A DNA stretch of 64,000 nt from Octopus sinensis (Eukaryota): NCBI RefSeq assembly GCF_006345805.1, contig NC_043000.1, forward strand, positions 12,400,001 through 12,464,000, given 5' to 3'. A program made the position numbers and the translations under genes. This document shows positions 13,286-26,565 of the stretch, in pieces. The notes under the pieces are model-generated. The model was not told the DNA's origin, did not search any database, and worked only from the letters and a program-made list of their open reading frames with translations. Position 1 is the stretch's first letter. Each line of letters opens with the position of its first letter.

Positions 13286-14894
13286 TTATCATCATCATCG
13301 TTTAACGTACGCTTTCCATGCTAGTATGGGTTCGATGATTTGACTGAGGACTGGCAAACCAGATGTCTGCACCAGGGTCCAATCTGATCTGGCGGAGTAT
13401 CTACAGCTGGATGCTCTTCCTAACGTCAACCACTCCGACAGTGTAGTGGGTGTTTTTATGTGCCACCAGCATGATGGCCAGTCAGGTGGTACTGGCAACA
13501 ACCACACTCAAATGGTGCTTTTTATGTGCCACCTGCACAGGAGCCAGTCCTGCAGCACTGGCAATGACCTCGCTCAAAAGTTTTTTCATGTGCCACCAGT
13601 ACAAGTGCCAGTAAAGCGACACTGGCACACTAGCTGTTTGTTAATGTTACCAGATAAACATTTACATGAAGATCGTTATAAAACAAGAAAGTACTAGTAA
13701 TACCGCAATACATAATACTGTAAAATTATAAAAATACAAAAATAAAATGTGAAAACCAGGCTATACTGGAGTTTGATTCACTAACATATTTATCTATATG
13801 TATAATTTGTTTATTAGTTTTTACAAATCCTAAACTTTATATATATTCAGTACTAAAATACCAACAGCAAACAGTCATGTTATATATATGCCAAAAGGTC
13901 AAGAATTATGATGAATGGATTTATGAGATATATTTCATGTTACTTGCAGATATTAAAAAACAAAAACAAAACAAAAAAAAAACACGAAATAAATAAGTAT
14001 TCCATCAAAGCCATTTTACATCCCCAAAACAAGATTCAAATAAGACCACAATCATAGGAAGATTCTTTCACATAGCAAAACCAAAAATGAGAGTTTGAAA
14101 TTGAGGATTTCAAAATATGAATATATATATATAGCAAATAAGAAAAATGGTAAAATATCTATTTGCTATATAAATTAATGGTGAAATATCTCTTTACCTT
14201 CACCCATTTAGTACACTCGGTAATGTAATTGCAATGCAATAAAAAACACTTGTGTATTAATAACTGGGTACTCTACCAGCAGTATATTGGATAGATATTA
14301 TCCTTAGTGGGTTGGATTCACAACCTCTAACTTTCTTGGAGTTATATATAAATATATATATATAAAGAAGGGAGAGGGCAAAAAAATATTTGGATTTGTT
14401 AATGATGTTATATTAGTTCATTGTTGAAGCTCCTTCATGTAAATGCAACAGAGTTCACACACACACACACAAAGAAGTTCATGCATTTTTAAAAAATGAT
14501 GTTATATAGCAGACTATCATTGCTACAGCAGTACTTTCTGAACCGACTTAATATGTCCTTAGAGAGACAGAAACATCAGGGCACATTAACAATTCAAAAT
14601 CTTAGTACACACACAAACACTATATTCAACATGGAAAATTAAATTGCTGCTAATGATGATGACAGAACTTAGAACTACAACTAAATGATATGCCTGATGA
14701 TAAGCCTGAGCTATAATCTGAAAATAATATTAGAGAAACAACATGAAAAGACATTGTGTAAACATGTAGTAGATGAAATTCTAATATAGATATATGGCCA
14801 CAAATATTAGAGAAGAATCTGGTTGGCTAAATCAACATAAATATTTGTTAGGCACTTCCTTTAACAACCTCAGAAAGGTTAATGGTAAACTCAA

Positions 14895-15289
14895 TGGCTG
14901 TGTGGTAAGTAGCTTGGTTACGAACCACATGGCTCCAGGTTCAGTCCCACTGTGTGACACCTTGGGCAAGTGTCTTCTACTATAGCCTCGGGCTGACCAA
15001 AGCCTTGTGAGTGGATTTGGTAGACGGAAACTGAAAGAAGCCTGTCGTATACATGTATATATATATGTGTGTGTGTGTATATGTATGTGTATCTGTGTTT
15101 GTCTCCCCCAACATCACTTGACAACTGATGGTGGTGTGTTTATGTCCCTGTAACTTAGCAGTTCGGCAAAAGAGACCGATAGGATACGTACTAGGCTTAC
15201 AAAGAATAAGTCCTGGGGTCGATTTGCTTGACTAAAGGCGGTGCTCCAGCATGGCCACAGTCAAATGACTGAAACAAGTAAAAGAGTAA
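14895..15289 (+). mobile_element. SINE family A, near full length
   Basis: tRNA-like head (tggctgtgtggtaag...ggttcagtccc), central microsatellite, conserved 3' half. Confidence 0.85.
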
Positions 15290-15989
15290 CTAAATATCAC
15301 AAACTATTTTGTGAGATACTCAACTGATTCTACAAACCCACCGTTGTCAGTTTGTGTGAGTAAATGTTTTGAAAAAAGCAGGCATAGCAAACACTTTGCA
15401 AAAATGTGGTTTCGTGTTCTGTTCCACTGTGCGACACCTTGGGTAGGTGTCTTCTACTATAGTCCCAAACTGACAAATGCCTTGTGAGTGAATTTGGTGG
15501 TCAGAAACTGTGTGGAAGCCCAGCGTAAAAACGTGTGTGTGTGTACTTACGAAATTAGAACAATTATTATTTCAAATTCAACTCATCTTTTTTTTTTCTC
15601 TCTAGTTTCAGCTCAGAGCTGCGGCCATGCTGATGCACAGCCTTTTTGCTACACTGTTATTACTAAGAGCCTCGTCTACTATGTGGCACTTGGTGAAGAA
15701 TGGAGTTTGATATAGCTACCCTCATTTGCACCCCTTGCCGTGAGGTAGGTTTATCTGGGACTCTCGACAGGAAGAGGTCCGTCTCCTTATTTGCCATTTG
15801 ATTAGATTTATTTTTCACCTTTTGTACTGGTGATTTTTTTAATATACTCACCAGTCAGTGGGACATGCAGTAACCAAAGCAAACTGTGGCAAGCATAGCT
15901 ACATATCAAGTAAGTGGTACTGTGTATGCGGGTAAGAGTAGTAACACAGCAGAGATATTGTAGTCGCAAGGTTGTCATTATTAACTTAC

Positions 15990-16620
15990 CATCGTAACCT
16001 CACGCATCGTGTTTCAAATATCACACACATTCACAACTGGATGTGTGTGTGTACATACAAAATTGAAAGTTTATTTAATTCTATTGCACAACACCCTCCC
16101 TTCATTTGGGAAACATCAAACGTTATACGAACTCGCAACGTATCAACCTTTAAGTTCATCATATTTATTTTCCGAATGTCAAAGAACCACGTAAGAAAAA
16201 TATATAAGAAGGGAAGTAACTGTTAGGTTGTCATCGGGAACATCAGATAGTTTTATTGCAGAGTAGCCTCCCTTGTACATAAAAAAACTCGGAAGAAAAA
16301 GAATCATTGATTATTTTTGTATGTTTGCGTGCGTCTATGTGTAAGTGCCTTCGCGTGTATATTTTACGTGCATGTGCTGCAATATGTCAACAGAATTAGT
16401 AATACTTATCAACCAAAAAGCATAGCGTCTTGAAATCTGTGGTGCAAACAAATAAAAGAAAACAAAAAAAAAAAAAAAACCCGGAAAAATACAAAAGAAA
16501 CAAGCGGTAAAAAAATTGACTCCCGAAACGCGCCACCTGTAAAGTAACAAGCTTAAGATGCATTTTAAATAATTTGTTCTTATGAAGTTCGATGCGGAAA
16601 AACAAACAAACAAATAAACA
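15990..16620 (-). promoter_or_regulatory. CpG-rich intronic island ending in a strong 5' splice site; candidate internal promoter / alternative first exon
   Basis: 26 CpG in 15901-16620 versus about 3 in 13681-14400 (hand counts); GATG|gtaagt donor at 15989. Confidence 0.4.
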
Positions 16621-16673
16621 AAATAAAAACAAACAAGATTGCATGCTGGGATACTTCAATGAGTGGAACACAT

Positions 16674-17095
16674 GGATCTTTTCGGCTTGAACGGCAGTTT
16701 TTTAAAATAATTTCCGCGTAACTAAACACTTTTAAACATCGTATACTGGTAGAATGTGTTTATAAAACATCTTTTTCTCTTGGCTTTATTGAGAAAATTC
16801 TATAGTTTGTAAGATATTTGTTGTTTTTTTTCTTCTTCAATTTCTGCAATTTCAACCAATCATTGACGTCTATTGAGGTGAAAATATTCTGAATATGTCC
16901 CTCGTTTAAGAAACAGATTGGGTTTATTTACATTTGTGAAGAAAAAAAAGATACCCTTCCCCCCACCCCTAATCCTAACCCTAACTAACCCTAAAACAGA
17001 TTGAAATGCAATAGATCGATACTAGGGTCATAATTATGGGTGACAATTTCATATGACACCGCTAGAAAAAACTACCGTTCAAACCGAAAAGATCC
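16674..17095. mobile_element. Unclassified MITE with ~28-bp TIRs, 5-bp TSD (CACAT) and internal telomere-like repeats
   Basis: Left GGATCTTTTCGGCTTGAACGGCAGTTTTT; right end reverse-complements to GGATCTTTTCGGTTTGAACGGTAGTTTTT; CACAT at 16669-16673 and 17096-17100. Confidence 0.8.
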
Positions 17096-17665
17096 CACAT
17101 TATATTCAGCTATGCCCGTGATGCTATAAAGCAGACATTCAATATTAATCCAAGAAGTGTAATGTCTTATTTGCCGTTCAACCTAAGTGTGGTTGGTACC
17201 TTGACACATGCAGCAGTACTTAAGAAGAGTACAACGGTGTATGCTCAGAGTGCACAAATGGCATGTACTTGTACTCACTTGAGTAAGCAAAACGGTTTTG
17301 TACCTGGGTTTTGTACTCAACTCTACTCAAAGGATATGGCACTGAAGTACACGCTGTGGGGCACAATGCATGCGTATTTTTTAAGAAACACTGCAGCACA
17401 CGCCAATATTTGAAGAAGAATGCAATCTTTACATGCAAGGAAATGCAACAAAATTGTGTGTGTGCATGCATATGTGAGCACATACACTTCTGTGTGTTTG
17501 TATATTAAGGAATATTACATAATACTATACCCACATACACACACACATGTATACATATTGTCCTTAAACAAGATTATTATTGTAGCTGGCCAAAACTTCA
17601 AAATCACTGTCAATAATATTCGTGTTTAATAATAATAATAATAATAATATAATAATAATAATAAT

Positions 17666-18215
17666 AAATGCCCTGATGCAGTACCAGGCAGTGGCTCTCA
17701 TAGCTTCTGATCTTAACTGATTGGAAGTGTTACCATGTACATTGTTTTGTCTTGGTATAAAAGATGGGCTACAGCAAATATTCTGCTCAATACCACAGAT
17801 TTGTTTGTAAGTTGTTTGACCGTAACCTGTTGACCGAGTCGCTTAGTGGCTGACGACATGTGCATCCCTGATCATGAGCAGAAGCAGTAGGGGAGCATCA
17901 TAGCTGTGTGTTGAAAGGAATTCTTGGACGTTTAGATAATTCACCTTTGGAAACATGGGTGGTTCATTCAACATCCTTAGACAATCCTTATTCAGGGACC
18001 TTTTGAGCGGGATGGGCTACTCGACCAGAAGAAAATTCTAAGTGGGCCCCACCTGCAAGGTCATGCGCTGTTTATCTTGATATGAGATCACCATGTTGCG
18101 CATATGATTGTGATGCATGTGCCTGATGTACCCTTATCAGACAGGTGATGGGTATACTGGGCTTCGTATATTTTACCCCAGTGTCACTTTGATGGCATGC
18201 ACTGTTCTCTCAATA
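17666..18215 (-). mobile_element. ~550-bp dispersed retroposon bounded by (TAA)n (family E)
   Basis: Near-identical to 4912-5375; no ORF. Confidence 0.7.
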
Positions 18216-19741
18216 ATAATAATAATATTAATAATAAACTTGTACTCTACAAAAGTATAGAGTAACCCATCAGATGTATGTGTGTACATATATATACTGT
18301 GTGTAGAAATTGCAAAACAGTGTATGTACTAGGCGTAGTAGTAGCGAGATAGAGTATATACAAGGAGTATTCTACATACAGTGGTGTTGTAGTGTATACA
18401 TTGTGAAAATAGCAGAGATATGACACTATAACTATGTGTATGTATACACACATACACTCACACACAAATATATAAATATACACATACATATATACATACA
18501 TACACACACACACACACACAGATATAGCATTGATGTGACAGCATAGATGAGAGGTTTAATTGATGTTCCAGAAAACTTTGAGAACAACATAAACCTCTGA
18601 AATTTGCATTATTTTTTATCTGACCCATCATATCAAGATTGTTGTTGCTGATGATGATGATGATGATGCTGATGGTGCTGTTGAGGATGAGGATATCCAT
18701 CAAAATCTAAGCAAGGCCAACTATTACACTTCAGGTGGGGGGGATAACAAAATGTGAGAGAAAACTAGCAATGATCTACATTGGCACAAAAACCAGTTGA
18801 AATTCATAAAATACGTTAAGGTCATGTGCTATTCGAATGCATTACATGGCCATACCAGTGCAGTCTTCTCTCTTGCACACTACATCTGATGCTATCTATA
18901 CCCAGTTTTTCTCACTTCTCTTGCCTGGGTTTCAGCAACAAAGACTGCTGCTTCTTTTGGATTTTGGTTTAAAGTATAATGGTTACAAACTTTGGCACAA
19001 GGCTGCTCATTTTATGGGGGAAGGGATATGCCAATTACATAAATCCCAGTGCTCTACTGGTACTTATTTTTATTGATTCTGAAAAGATGAAAGGCAAAGT
19101 CAACTGTGATAGAATTTGAACTCAGAATAGAAGGAACTGGAAGAAATGCTGCCAGCTCACCACCTCGTTTCCTCTAAATTCATTTGCTGTCTCTGTCAAT
19201 CTCCAAAACGTATCCACCCACTAGCAACTGTTCAACTATCTCTCTTCTTGTATTGAGCACATCTATCTTACACCACCCTTTTCTGAAGTCACTTTCATAA
19301 ATGTTCACAACTCTTGTAGGCTCTCATACTCCTATGACATCAAAACTGCAGAAACAGAATCCAAATTTTTATTTTATGCCATTTTAAACTTTCCGCAACA
19401 TTTAGAATTTTCACTCCTTCATATCATTGACTGATTCATTGACATTTCAAACCATCTTCACTTATTCCTTACAACTAAACCTAACCCTTATCCACTCATT
19501 ATGAGTTCTTTACTCATTAAATCGTTTGATCATTGACCAATCAAATGAAACACACCTCACACTTTACCAGACAGCACTCCAGCCTTAAACCCTCGGGTAC
19601 CAAATCAGCTAACTTGGTTGGAGTTTTGTCAGTTTTAGCTGACTACTTTGGGCAGCAAATAGGATCCACCTATAAATTACTGCATGTGTTTTATACGAAC
19701 TTTTGACAAGTTGTGGTGCACCTGAGCACTGTATACAATAA

Positions 19742-19780
<39 letters not shown>

Positions 19781-20131
19781 CATCATTAATATTTAAAATC
19801 CAACAGAGAGCTAAGTTAGACCATTTTTGTTGCTTCAGGAAAATTTCGTCATGCTAGAAGAGTTGAAAAGGAATGATGAAATCTGGCTGAAGAGGTAACA
19901 CATGGGTGTGAAACAGGTGCCTGGTTGCCCTTGTGGAAAGTCAGACCTGCATGATTCCACAATTTGAATGGGGCTGATAATTCTGAAATGAACCCAAGAC
20001 TGAATAAATCATTTGGTCCAGTAGTCAGGGCCTCATATCACTGAGGGCAGTGTGGGGGCTGGTGTGCTGTAAAGCTTCGAAACAGTACATTCTTTCCTGA
20101 TGATCCCTAAAACCCACTGGTCTCTGTTTAA

Positions 20132-20343
20132 CCCTTTCGATACCAACCCAGCTCTGGCTCTGTAGTACAAGTGTCTTGTTTTCATAAGTTTTGAATTAGA
20201 ATCTTCCACCAAACTTTAGTCACAATTTATGTTGCTAACACTAGCTTAATGATAACGAAGTTATTTTACTAAATTCTTTGTTATATTTAAAATTAACTGA
20301 AAGAAACACAGAACATCTCAAAATAAATATGGTAACGAAAGGG
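20132..20343. mobile_element. piggyBac-type MITE (same family)
   Basis: TTAA TSDs, CCCTTT/AAAGGG termini, shared internal sequence. Confidence 0.8.
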
Positions 20344-20777
20344 TTAAGTAAGCTGTTTCCAAGTCTCTTATACACACACACACACACATATATACACTCA
20401 GGGGTCAGCAATGAACAGGGTGGCTCCAGATATGGGTTAAAGAAATAAATAATTATACAAATAAACAAAACAAATATAGATATAATTAATAAAAAAAATC
20501 AAATGAATATGTCAAAAACCAAATAAAAATGTAACAAAACAAACAAGAAAAATTTAAATCATTGCAAAAAAAAAAAAAGAAAACCTTCAACAACAAATTA
20601 TGCATAAAGCAAAGAATAAAAAGCGGCTTATTGCTGTTGTAGTTGTTGTTGTTGGTGGTGATGATGATTATGATGATGCAGTGGTTGTTATTGATGCTGT
20701 TGTTGCTATGAGGGTGAGAGGATGATTGGTGAAACATACAGTGTGGTGGTAAGATGGCACAGGGGGGAAAAACTTAC

Positions 20778-20798
20778 CTCCCGTATGAATATCTTTGT
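20778..20798 (-). CDS. ASAP1: ASAP microexon 2 (21 nt, phase 2 to 2): (R)QRYSYG
   Basis: cattttctgccctcag|ACAAAGATATTCATACGGGAG|gtaagt; frame-preserving, 14/21 nt identical to microexon 1. Confidence 0.75.
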
Positions 20799-21239
20799 CT
20801 GAGGGCAGAAAATGAAAAGAGTACAGGGTAAGATACAAAGTAAGTTATCAAAGAAATGCTACAAGAAGAAGAAGAAGAAAAAGGCAAAAAAATTATATAA
20901 AAAAAACAAAGAAAAAACAACAACAAAAATAATTCAACCTGTAAAAATGGATGATGAATTTCATCAGTTTAACATTAGACGAAATAACAGAATGCAAATT
21001 TCAGAAGACAGACATATTTGAAATGAAACTGAAAGAGTTTTATATACGTGGAAGTCAGCCTGAACTATGGAGAGAGAGAGAGACAGCCTTTTACAGACAA
21101 GACTTAACGAAAGAAAAGCTATGATGAAGAAATTTTCATTGTCATTGCATGCAAATCTTCTATGTGATAATTTGAAGAATTAGCCAAGACCAAAATATTA
21201 ATACTATCCACTCAAACTAAATGACATTTTAAAAATATT

Positions 21240-21700
21240 GCTATTTATCTGTCTATCTCTCAATCCATCTATCCATCCATCCTTTTATCTATCTATCTCT
21301 CTCTCTCTCTATCCATCCATCCTTTTATCTATCTATCTATCTATCTGTATCTATCTTTCTATCCATCCATCCTTTTATCTATCTATCTTTCCATCCATCC
21401 TTTTATCTATCTATCTATCTATCTATCTATCCATCCATCCTTTTATCTATCTATCTATCTATCTATCCATCCATCCTTTTATCTATCTATCTATCTATCT
21501 ATCCATCCATCCTTTTATCTATCTATCTATCTATCTATCTATCCATCCATCCTTTTATCTATCTATCTATCTATCTATCCATCCATCCTTTTATCTATCT
21601 ATCTATCTATCTATCTATCCATCCATCCATCCTTTTATCTATCTATCTATCTATCTATCCATTCATTCATCTATCCATCCTTTTATCTATCTATCTAACA
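21240..21700. repeat. (ATCT)n/(ATCC)n compound array with ~30-bp higher-order period
   Basis: Directly visible, punctuated by ccatcctttt. Confidence 0.95.
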
Positions 21701-22300
21701 ACTGTATGTGTATGTGTGTGTGTGTGTGTGGGGGGGGCTGATGTCACATAAAAAGCAGCGCATCAGTGCCACATACACAGAATCTGTGCTGACACCACAT
21801 AAAAAAAATGTACCTGTGCAGGTGTCACGTAAAAGCACCAAGTACACGTAAAGAGGTTGGTGTTAGGAAGGGCATCCAGCTGGAAGAACCACACAAAAGC
21901 AGACAACTGGAGCTTGGTGTAGCTCCATGGCTAGACATATTTTCTCAGAAGATTGGGAACAAAATGACAATGATGCCCCTTTACAACTATCATAAGATGT
22001 CAAGACAAGGAATCACTAATACACACACACACACTTGCACTCACACAACACATATATATTCACATTAATGTGCTGCTAGTGCAGATGTCATGGGTTCATG
22101 CCCCACACTGGCCATATACTGTCATAGGTGTGTGGCTGTGTGGTAAGAAGTTTGCTTCCCAGCCATCACTGTTTCAGGTTCAGTCCCACTGCATGGCACC
22201 TTGGACAAGTGCTAAGTGCCTTCCACTATAGACCTGAGCCAACCAATACCCTGTGAGTAAATTTGGTAGGTAGAAACCGTGTGGATGCCCATTGTATGTA

Positions 22301-22331
<31 letters not shown>

Positions 22332-22345
22332 GTGTGTATATATAT

Positions 22346-23133
22346 CAGGGATGTGCCGTCTGGGTAGGCAAGGTAGGCAGTGCCTACCCTGAATAAAATA
22401 GGTTGATAGCAACATTTTCCTTTTATGGCAAAATATGCACCTAATTCAATAAAATTATGGAGGTTACTCTGATTACTATGCATAAAATACAAAATATTTT
22501 GTCTTGTAGATTAGGTAGGCATTATTCGCCCCTGCCTTTCAATATCAGTATTAAAGCTACACAGTATGGCTGTGTGGAGGCACAATGGCCCAGTGGTTAG
22601 GGCAGCAAACTTGTGGTCAAGGGATTGCGGTTTCGATTCCCAGACCGGGTGTTGTGAGTGTTTATTGAGCAAAAACATCTAAAGCTCCACGAGGCTCCAG
22701 CAGGGGGTGGTGGAAAACCCTACTGTATTCTTTCACTAGAACTTTCACTCTTTCTTCCTGTTTCTGTTGTACCTGTATTTCAAAGGGCCAGCCTTGTCAC
22801 ACTCAGTGTCTCGATGAATCTCCCCAAGAACTCTGTTATGGGTACACGTGTCTGTGGAGTGCTCAGCCACTTGCACGTTAATTTCACAAGCCAGCTGTTC
22901 CATTGATTTGATCAACTAGAACCCTCAATGGAGTGCCATGAGTATTGTTGTAGTACACATGCTGCATACATTCCTACAACAATGTTTTCTTTATGTACTA
23001 CAAAGGCAGAAGTAAATCTGCCTCCAAATCTCAGTCACGCACCTGTGTTCTCTTTTTTTTTTTATTTTATGTGTTTTACTACATAAACGTCACCAACTGC
23101 CTACCTTGAGTAATTACTGATGGCACATGCCTG
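22346..23133. mobile_element. hAT-like MITE with a tRNA-SINE inserted at ~22575-22935
   Basis: TIR CAGGGATGTGCCGTC / CAGGCATGTGCCATC (13/15); subterminal gcctacc repeats; sits in (TA)n. Confidence 0.55.
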
Positions 23134-23185
<52 letters not shown>

Positions 23186-23428
23186 GGATATATGTATGCG
23201 TGTGCACATCTTTGAGATTGTCTCATCACCACCACTTGACAACTGGTGTTGTTTTTTATATGTACCTGTAACTTAGCCGTTGGGCAAACGAGACTGATAG
23301 AATAAGCACCAGATTTTAAAATATAAGTACTAGGGTTGATTTGCTCAAGTAAACCCTTCAAGGCAATGCCCCAGAGTACTGCAGTCATCTGGGTCACTGA
23401 TTAGATGAATATATGTACACATACATAC

Positions 23429-23475
<47 letters not shown>

Positions 23476-25659
23476 TATATAAACATAAAATGTCAAATAT
23501 GAATATGAGTGCTCAACACTGCATTGATGGATATCATTTCCAGACCGGGTATTGCATTGTGTTCTTGAGTAAAGCACTTCATTTCACGTTGCTCTGTGAT
23601 CGTTTCGTCATCTGACATGTGGCGGCCCATTGCACCTGTACAGGTAATGTTGATTTGATGGAGGGAATGAGAGAGCTTATGTGTACACAAACATTTGATC
23701 ACTATAAACAAACCATCTCTGTGGTTGTTCGGCAATAAATTGCCAAACCCTCATACGGTGTCTAACGACAGGAGAGTCCATCATATATATATATATACAC
23801 ACCTAAAAGCTCCACGAGGCTCCGGCAGGGGATGGTGGTGATCCCTGCTGTACTCTTTCACCACAACTTTCTCTCACTCTTACTTCCTGTTTCTGTTGTA
23901 CCTGTATTTCAAAGGGCCGGCCTTGTCACTCTCTGTGTCACGCTGAATATCCCCGAGAACTACGTTAAGGGTACACGTGTCTGTGGAGTGCTCAGCCACT
24001 TACACGTTAATTTCACGAGCAGGCTGTTCCGTTGATCGGATCAACCGCAACCCTCGTCGTCGTAACCGACGGAGTGCTTCCACACATATATATATACACA
24101 CATAGTGTAAGCGTGTACAAATCTATGTTCTTCAATGTAACGGAATCTGTGATAATCTATTATTATAGCTCCTTGGTATATACAAATGTCTAATTTTGTC
24201 TGTAGTTTAAACTCTTGTTCTGTGAATTCACTAGCATAAGTTTAACATAGCTGTATTCCATTACAGGTAGAGAGACTTGGACTGAATAGGATTGGAACCA
24301 TTTCTTCCACATTGTAACTTTAATAAATCTCAGTTGCTGGAGTGTACAAAAATGTTTTATATTTCTACAGTATCAAGTGTGGTATGAGATCTGTTCAGTT
24401 TGGCAAGTATGTGAATCAATATTTGAACAGCAAAAACAGAAAAAAAAAAATCATAAACATATATATTCACAGCAAAAGGAACACACATCTAGATATACCT
24501 AGCGACTTAATAATATATATATATATAACCTTTGAAAGGTACGAATTATCTAATTATGTAGCATAAATAAATTCACAAACAGAATGAAGTTGGTACAAAA
24601 GTCTTGGCATTTCTTTCACTTCTTTGTAGTGTAGACATTTGTTTTATTTGTATAGCACCCATTTCAAATACATCACGATATTGTTACCTTCAAAATCACC
24701 AGTGATGGAGAAAAGATTCACATACCAATACAAATGAGGTGGAAATCAAATTTAGCATTCTAAATTCATACAAGACCAAACAAAGTAAACGAAAGGCCAT
24801 GATGACTGAGATAGTTATTTCAAAATCATACAATATTTATCTCTAGCGTAGACGGAAAGCTTTCATTTTGTTGTTGTTGGTGGTGGTGGTGGTGGAGAGA
24901 GATGAAGATGTAAAATTGATTAAATTAATTCCAGTATGAACTGGTCCTTATTTGCGTTGATTGAATGTGTATTTTCTTTATATATTATGCAATGACCCAA
25001 AAAAAAAGAATTAAACAACACCAGAGGGACAAATATTAACATATTTTATATCAGTATATCACTTAAAAGGGAAGGAAAGCGTTTTGATGTTTTGAACGCT
25101 AGTCCTTCATCAGGAAAGATAAAAGAATGAGTAAAATATAAAGAAGAAAAGGTGGTAGGAAAGAAAAAGTATAGGAGGCAGGTGGGAATGTGGTTCTATG
25201 GGATGGTAATTAGGAATAGAGTGCATTTTTTTTCATGGATAAGGTATGTTCTAAAGAATACTCATATTCTTACACTTCACTTTGTATCTAAATCCTTAGA
25301 AACTTTTCCTTCTGACTATTTGAGGCTTCAGTATATTAAATACTCTATTTGTGAAGGACAGAAATCAGATTCAGCAGTGTGTATGCTAAGAACTGAGTAA
25401 TAAGTTGCTACAATGAGGAGAACAAGAACTAACAAGACTTTTGCAACAACCCACATACATGCATATATATACAACCTGAAAAGTTTAAGGTCTGAGTAAA
25501 TGAACAATGAAAGGTATTAGAAAAAAAAATTACTTCAGTTATAGTAAAACATCTGAGTTGTTTCCTTAAGAAGAGAGAAATGGGGACAAAACAAAAAAAA
25601 AAAAATAAATAAATTTCTAACTAAATAACATCTACGGCTAATTCATACAAACATATTAA

Positions 25660-25905
25660 CCCTTTTGAAAGCCACTGTCCCAAGACTGCCTTTGGATCTA
25701 CAATACAAAATCCCCTTGTTTTAATATTTAATATAAATCCTCTGACCATCATTTTACATATGAAGCTTTTTGTTATGTTTCAAACGCCAGATTAATAATA
25801 ACAAAGTTATTTTACTAAATCCCTTCAAATTCTTGTAATTTAAAGAAAAAAAAATTCTCAAGCACATAGGCAGTGTATTTCAATCAAAATATGGCTACAA
25901 AAGGG
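25660..25905. mobile_element. piggyBac-type MITE (diverged copy)
   Basis: TTAA|CCCTTTT...AAAAGGG|TTAA; internal aagttattttactaaat block shared with the family. Confidence 0.7.
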
Positions 25906-26254
25906 TTAAATATTACAATATCAACTGTGACAGACAAGCCAACAAAAGAGAACATCTAAATTCTACAAAAACCCTTGGCCAGCTCAATAAAGCTGGCTTC
26001 CAAACGTCCATTGATAAAATGATTAACAGCCAATAAACATTCCCAGATAATTTGGTGCCTATTCTCACCTGATGGTTCATGAGACTGAAGTTATATGGAA
26101 TAGAGTCTTCTGCCCCAGAAACACAATGAAACAACTACAGCAAATTTAAACTTATGAAATCTACTCTGTCATAATGGCAGAAATATGAAAACTCATCTAG
26201 TAATACCAGCCTAAGATGGACTAGTGACTACCATACCTTTAGTGAAATATCTTG

Positions 26255-26565
26255 TGGAGGTACATGGCCTAGTGATTAGAGCAGCAGACTCGCGGTCGAG
26301 GGATCACGGGTTCGAATCTCAGACCGGGCGATGTGTGTGTGTTTATGAGCGAAAACACCTAAGCTCCACACGGCTCCGGCAGAAGGTAATGGCGAACTTC
26401 TGCTGACTCTTTCGCCACAACTTTCTCTCATACTTTCCTCCTGCATCTTGCAGCTCATCTGCGACGGACCGGCGTCCCGTCCAGGTGGGGAACCTATACG
26501 CCAAGAAACCGGTAAACCGGCCCTTATGAGCCAGGCATGGCTCGAGAAGGAACAAAGAAACAACA
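26255..26565 (+). mobile_element. tRNA-derived SINE family D with 14-bp TSD
   Basis: A-box-like tggcctagtgattag and B-box ggttcgaatctc; AGTGAAATATCTTG duplicated at 26241-26254 and 26566-26579. Confidence 0.85.

Noticed and set aside
16960-16996. Telomere-like repeats as an interstitial telomere
   Set aside because: Only ~4 imperfect units, and they are internal to a TIR element.
20030-20115. GAAA and CTGATGA words here and at 42680-42712
   Set aside because: Order and spacing do not allow stems I-III to form in any hammerhead topology.
26255-26330. tRNA-like heads here and at about 22575, 32410, 43298 and 55790 as tRNA genes
   Set aside because: They continue into SINE bodies with TSDs and lack an intact cloverleaf.
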